A DNA stretch of 64,000 bases, from contig OZ255721.1 of NCBI GenBank assembly GCA_965277285.1, positions 1,024,001 through 1,088,000 on the forward strand, written 5' to 3'. Below the pieces are notes generated by a model, which saw only the letters and a list, made by a program, of their open reading frames with translations, did no database searches and was not told where the DNA came from. The translations under genes were made by a program, and so were the position numbers. Positions 61,280-64,000 of the stretch are shown here, one piece after another (the first letter of the stretch is position 1; every line of letters starts with the position of its first letter). The DNA is from Abditibacteriaceae bacterium (lineage in GTDB: Bacteria; Armatimonadota; Abditibacteriia; Abditibacteriales; Abditibacteriaceae).

Positions 61280-61747
61280 AAAGAAGGGCATGAGGTCGGG
61301 AGTCCGCGTGGCAACAGCGGCGGATAGGGAAAGCGTCGGTGCTGGTGCTGCTGTATTACCGACCTGCCAGCCCGTCAGCGGCGGCGTGGACGGATTATCC
61401 GTGTTCGACTGGTAAAACCAACTGGGATATTGTCCAACAGTTTGGTTAGCCACAGCAGGAGCTATAAACCAACCCGAAGCTGCCGCGCCATTGACGCCAG
61501 AACGAAATAGATAGTGTCCCGAATCCAGCATGAACGTTGGCGCGCCGTTGAATGTGTTTCCTGTCGCCACATAAGTGTTGTTGCAGGCGGCTGTTCCCGC
61601 TCCGCTTGCCGTATAATTTGACATTTTTGCAACCTTGATAAGTCTAATTTGAACGACGTTGCGCACTGTCGAGCTACCGCCAATCCAACCGCCGCCAAAA
61701 CAAAGTAGCGCCAGCAATGGCCAAAACCAACGGTGGCGCGGTTTCAT
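61277..61747 (-). CDS. hypothetical (phage-associated) protein
   Basis: GAGT.A.N.TY...G..NG.P and PP.TGW motifs; start uncertain. Confidence 0.45.
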   Translation of the reverse strand: MKPRHRWFWPLLALLCFGGGWIGGSSTVRNVVQIRLIKVAKMSNYTASGAGTAACNNTYVATGNTFNGAPTFMLDSGHYLFRSGVNGAAASGWFIAPAVANQTVGQYPSWFYQSNTDNPSTPPLTGWQVGNTAAPAPTLSLSAAVATRTPDLMPFF

Positions 61748-61818
61748 AACGATGATTCGAGTACTCGAAACACTCGAAACGCGTTGACCATGACGCGCCG
61801 CCATTTCGTCGCCAAACA

Positions 61819-62586
61819 TTAAAACTCACCTGCAATTCCGATTAGGTCGAAACGGTCATCGCCTGCGTCGTGGGCGAACCCGTATTTCCATTTCTTTGCA
61901 GCCGTGAACGTCGTTGGCAGAACGGGCGCCGTGCCCAATCTCTGACCGCCAGCAACGCCCGAAGTCAGTGAAAGTGTGCGACCCCCAGTTGCGTCTTGTT
62001 TCACATACAACAGAAACTTTTGGCCTTTCACATAGTTGGTAAAGGCCAAAAGCGTCATGTTGGCGGACGCTATGACGACGGCTTTTCCGTTGTTGTAGGG
62101 AATCTGCGACAAGTCGATAGGCTGCGAAGCGTTGAACGTGAGCGGCACTTCGCCATTGATTTGCCAGTTCAAGATATGCCAGTTCAAGCCATCACTTTGA
62201 ACCATCATCACATCGTTTTGGAAATATAGTTTTCTCGACACCGTTAGGCCATCTATCGTCACGCCGCTGGTCGGTGTTATCGTCACGGTATTGGTTGTAG
62301 AGTCAGTTTTGACAACCAGATGGACATATCCCAGCGGCAACGATTGCGGATATGGCAAGGTTACATTTACGTTGGCAGCCGTAGCATCTACCCTGTTGGC
62401 TCCAGAAAAACTTAACTTTAGATAGTTCGACCATTGCGCCGTACCAACCGTGTTGTCGCTGCAAAAATACAGAATGTTGCCAACCGTATTTTTCCAAAGA
62501 CTGCCAACCGCAAACCCTTTGGTAACATCATCTGTTACCAAAGGCGCTCTTGTCGTGACGCGATAGGCCACACCTTCATAGCTCAT
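61819..62586 (-). CDS. phage tail-fibre/structural-like protein
   Basis: P..TDD...GF.VGS.W N-motif, TLP...K.D...N.VTI...TIDG...SDG.NW module, QDATGGRT. Confidence 0.6.
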   Translation of the reverse strand: MSYEGVAYRVTTRAPLVTDDVTKGFAVGSLWKNTVGNILYFCSDNTVGTAQWSNYLKLSFSGANRVDATAANVNVTLPYPQSLPLGYVHLVVKTDSTTNTVTITPTSGVTIDGLTVSRKLYFQNDVMMVQSDGLNWHILNWQINGEVPLTFNASQPIDLSQIPYNNGKAVVIASANMTLLAFTNYVKGQKFLLYVKQDATGGRTLSLTSGVAGGQRLGTAPVLPTTFTAAKKWKYGFAHDAGDDRFDLIGIAGEF

Positions 62587-62648
62587 AAGTTCTCCCATTC
62601 GAGTACTCGATAGCTAAGCCAAACAACTATCGAGTACTCGAAACTTTC

Positions 62649-63734
62649 TTAAATCAGCAGCCAGTTCGCGCCATCGCTGACGAAATCCAACGCTTGTTGA
62701 GGCGTGCCAATGACTTTAGAAGCCAAGCCGTCAATCGTTTGACTGCTCGTCGTAGCCACTGTTAGTAAATTCGCTCCGGCATCAATTTTCTTGATGGTGA
62801 ACTTTTGACCAGCAATACCGACCGCCGTGGGCAGCGTAATCGTGAAGCCTGCGGCTGTGGTGTCGCCTGTAATCACATCGTCAGTCAAAGCCGCTGTATA
62901 AGCCGCTGTCTTGCTAACCAAGCTGTATCTGTGTCCTGAAACCAAAGCGCCGCTTTTCTGGTGAAGCGCTCCCGCCACAATATCAATCGTGACGCCATCA
63001 ACCACAGCAGCCAGCGTGTTTCCGGTTTTGGTCAAACCGCTGCCAGCTTGAACCGCAGCCGTCGAATATGATGCAAACGAAAGCGGCGTGGTATCCGGCG
63101 TCACCGGCATTGGCGTGACCAAATACCATTCTGTCACAGTTTGGTTGGTCACACCTTCGTCGCCGACCTCAAAGGTCATGGCGTTCGTGATGGTATCCGT
63201 CGAACGTGCCCATGCGCCAGCTGCCGCCACCCAGATGCCGTTTTGAGAAGCTGTCGTTTGGTTCAAAACGGCGATGCGGTCACCGGCATTGAGCGCCGCG
63301 CCCCAGTCTCCACCGGCTTGCGTTCCCAGTCCCGTGAGTGCGATGTTGGCAGTAGTCAGAAATCGGCACGCATTTTTCCAAGTGCGGCCAGCAAAAATTG
63401 CGTTCACCTGGCCTTGCGTAATAGCGTCGCTGTCTGCAACCGAATTGCCGACGTTTGTTACTCTGTGTCCGCCGTGATTCACGTCGTTTGTAAATGTGCG
63501 CGAACCATCAGTGCGCGAGTATTGCGGATGGTCGTCGTTTGCGAGTCCGGTCAGGTCGCCATGTGCTTCATCGGTGGTGTTTTCCCAGACGGCGGCGTTG
63601 GCAGTGGCATCAACGCACGTCCAATCGTTTTTCAGGTTGGTGTCGATCCATCGACTGCCGACCTCGAAACCGCGTAAAGTGTCGGATGTAGCAACGAGTG
63701 GCGTGGTGGCTTTGAAAGCGGGTTTGTAGGACAT
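62649..63734 (-). CDS. phage tail-fibre/structural-like protein
   Basis: GFEVGSRW, L.GL..DDH.QY, GDRI....QT....NGIW, C-terminal TITLP...TIDG...SDG.NW. Confidence 0.65.
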   Translation of the reverse strand: MSYKPAFKATTPLVATSDTLRGFEVGSRWIDTNLKNDWTCVDATANAAVWENTTDEAHGDLTGLANDDHPQYSRTDGSRTFTNDVNHGGHRVTNVGNSVADSDAITQGQVNAIFAGRTWKNACRFLTTANIALTGLGTQAGGDWGAALNAGDRIAVLNQTTASQNGIWVAAAGAWARSTDTITNAMTFEVGDEGVTNQTVTEWYLVTPMPVTPDTTPLSFASYSTAAVQAGSGLTKTGNTLAAVVDGVTIDIVAGALHQKSGALVSGHRYSLVSKTAAYTAALTDDVITGDTTAAGFTITLPTAVGIAGQKFTIKKIDAGANLLTVATTSSQTIDGLASKVIGTPQQALDFVSDGANWLLI

Positions 63735-63753
63735 GGTTTTCCTTTGTGGCTAA

Positions 63754-64000
63754 TTAAAGAATGATGTATTGAAGTCCGTTAGAGAAAATCGTGAAGTTTT
63801 CCCATTGGCGCATTGTGCGCACGAGGCTGAGGCCGCTGACGGTTTGGCCGTTGGGCGGCTGGATTGTGAGAACGTTGAATGTGGCATTGACTTTCACGAT
63901 GTCGAAGGTCTTGCCTTCCACTGTCGCCGGATCGGGCAGCGAGACTATCAGTGGTGCGCTCGAAGCATCACACAGAATCACGCCATCGCTGGGCACGACC
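63754..64000 (-). CDS. phage tail-fibre-like protein, 3' end (partial)
   Basis: Same C-terminal module (VSLP...DIVKV...TI.P..GQTV.G); runs off the window. Confidence 0.55.
   Translation of the reverse strand, partial: VVPSDGVILCDASSAPLIVSLPDPATVEGKTFDIVKVNATFNVLTIQPPNGQTVSGLSLVRTMRQWENFTIFSNGLQYIIL

Larger units (their letters stand above)
46598..64000. mobile_element. tRNA-Gly-associated genomic island / prophage remnant (right end beyond the window)
   Basis: Integrase directly after the tRNA, accessory and phage-like genes, loss of the core palindrome from CDSs. Confidence 0.6.

Noticed and set aside
46598..64000. attR duplicate of the tRNA-Gly 3' end
   Set aside because: Not found by eye within the window, so the island's right boundary is undefined.

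Overview
Bacterial chromosomal window of moderate-to-high GC. Gene style is consistent with an Armatimonadota/Abditibacteriota-like organism, but that is inference only. Positions 1-46.6 kb are a core region: dapF, xerD, tyrS, nth, msrB, proB, obg, purM, malic enzyme, cyclophilin, HD-GYP, Ser/Thr kinase, ChrA and tRNA-Phe/Pro/Gly. After tRNA-Gly comes a tyrosine recombinase and an accessory island. It carries three secreted enzyme+ricin-lectin genes, a GGDEF protein, a nonsense-interrupted phosphotransferase, a lactonase and phage tail-fibre-like genes. The dominant unexplained signal is a highly iterated 12-14 bp palindrome, (W)TCGAGTACTCGA(W). I count about 47 perfect copies plus about 20 near-matches by eye, roughly one per kb in the core. 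It sits inside conserved genes in all three frames (IEYS/SSTR/RVLD) and abuts several REP-like elements. It is strongly depleted in the island, where a related GCGAGTACTC doublet-hairpin family sits at gene boundaries instead. XerD carries an ~85-aa in-frame insertion made of two palindromes and a REP-like element. Counts and coordinates are manual.
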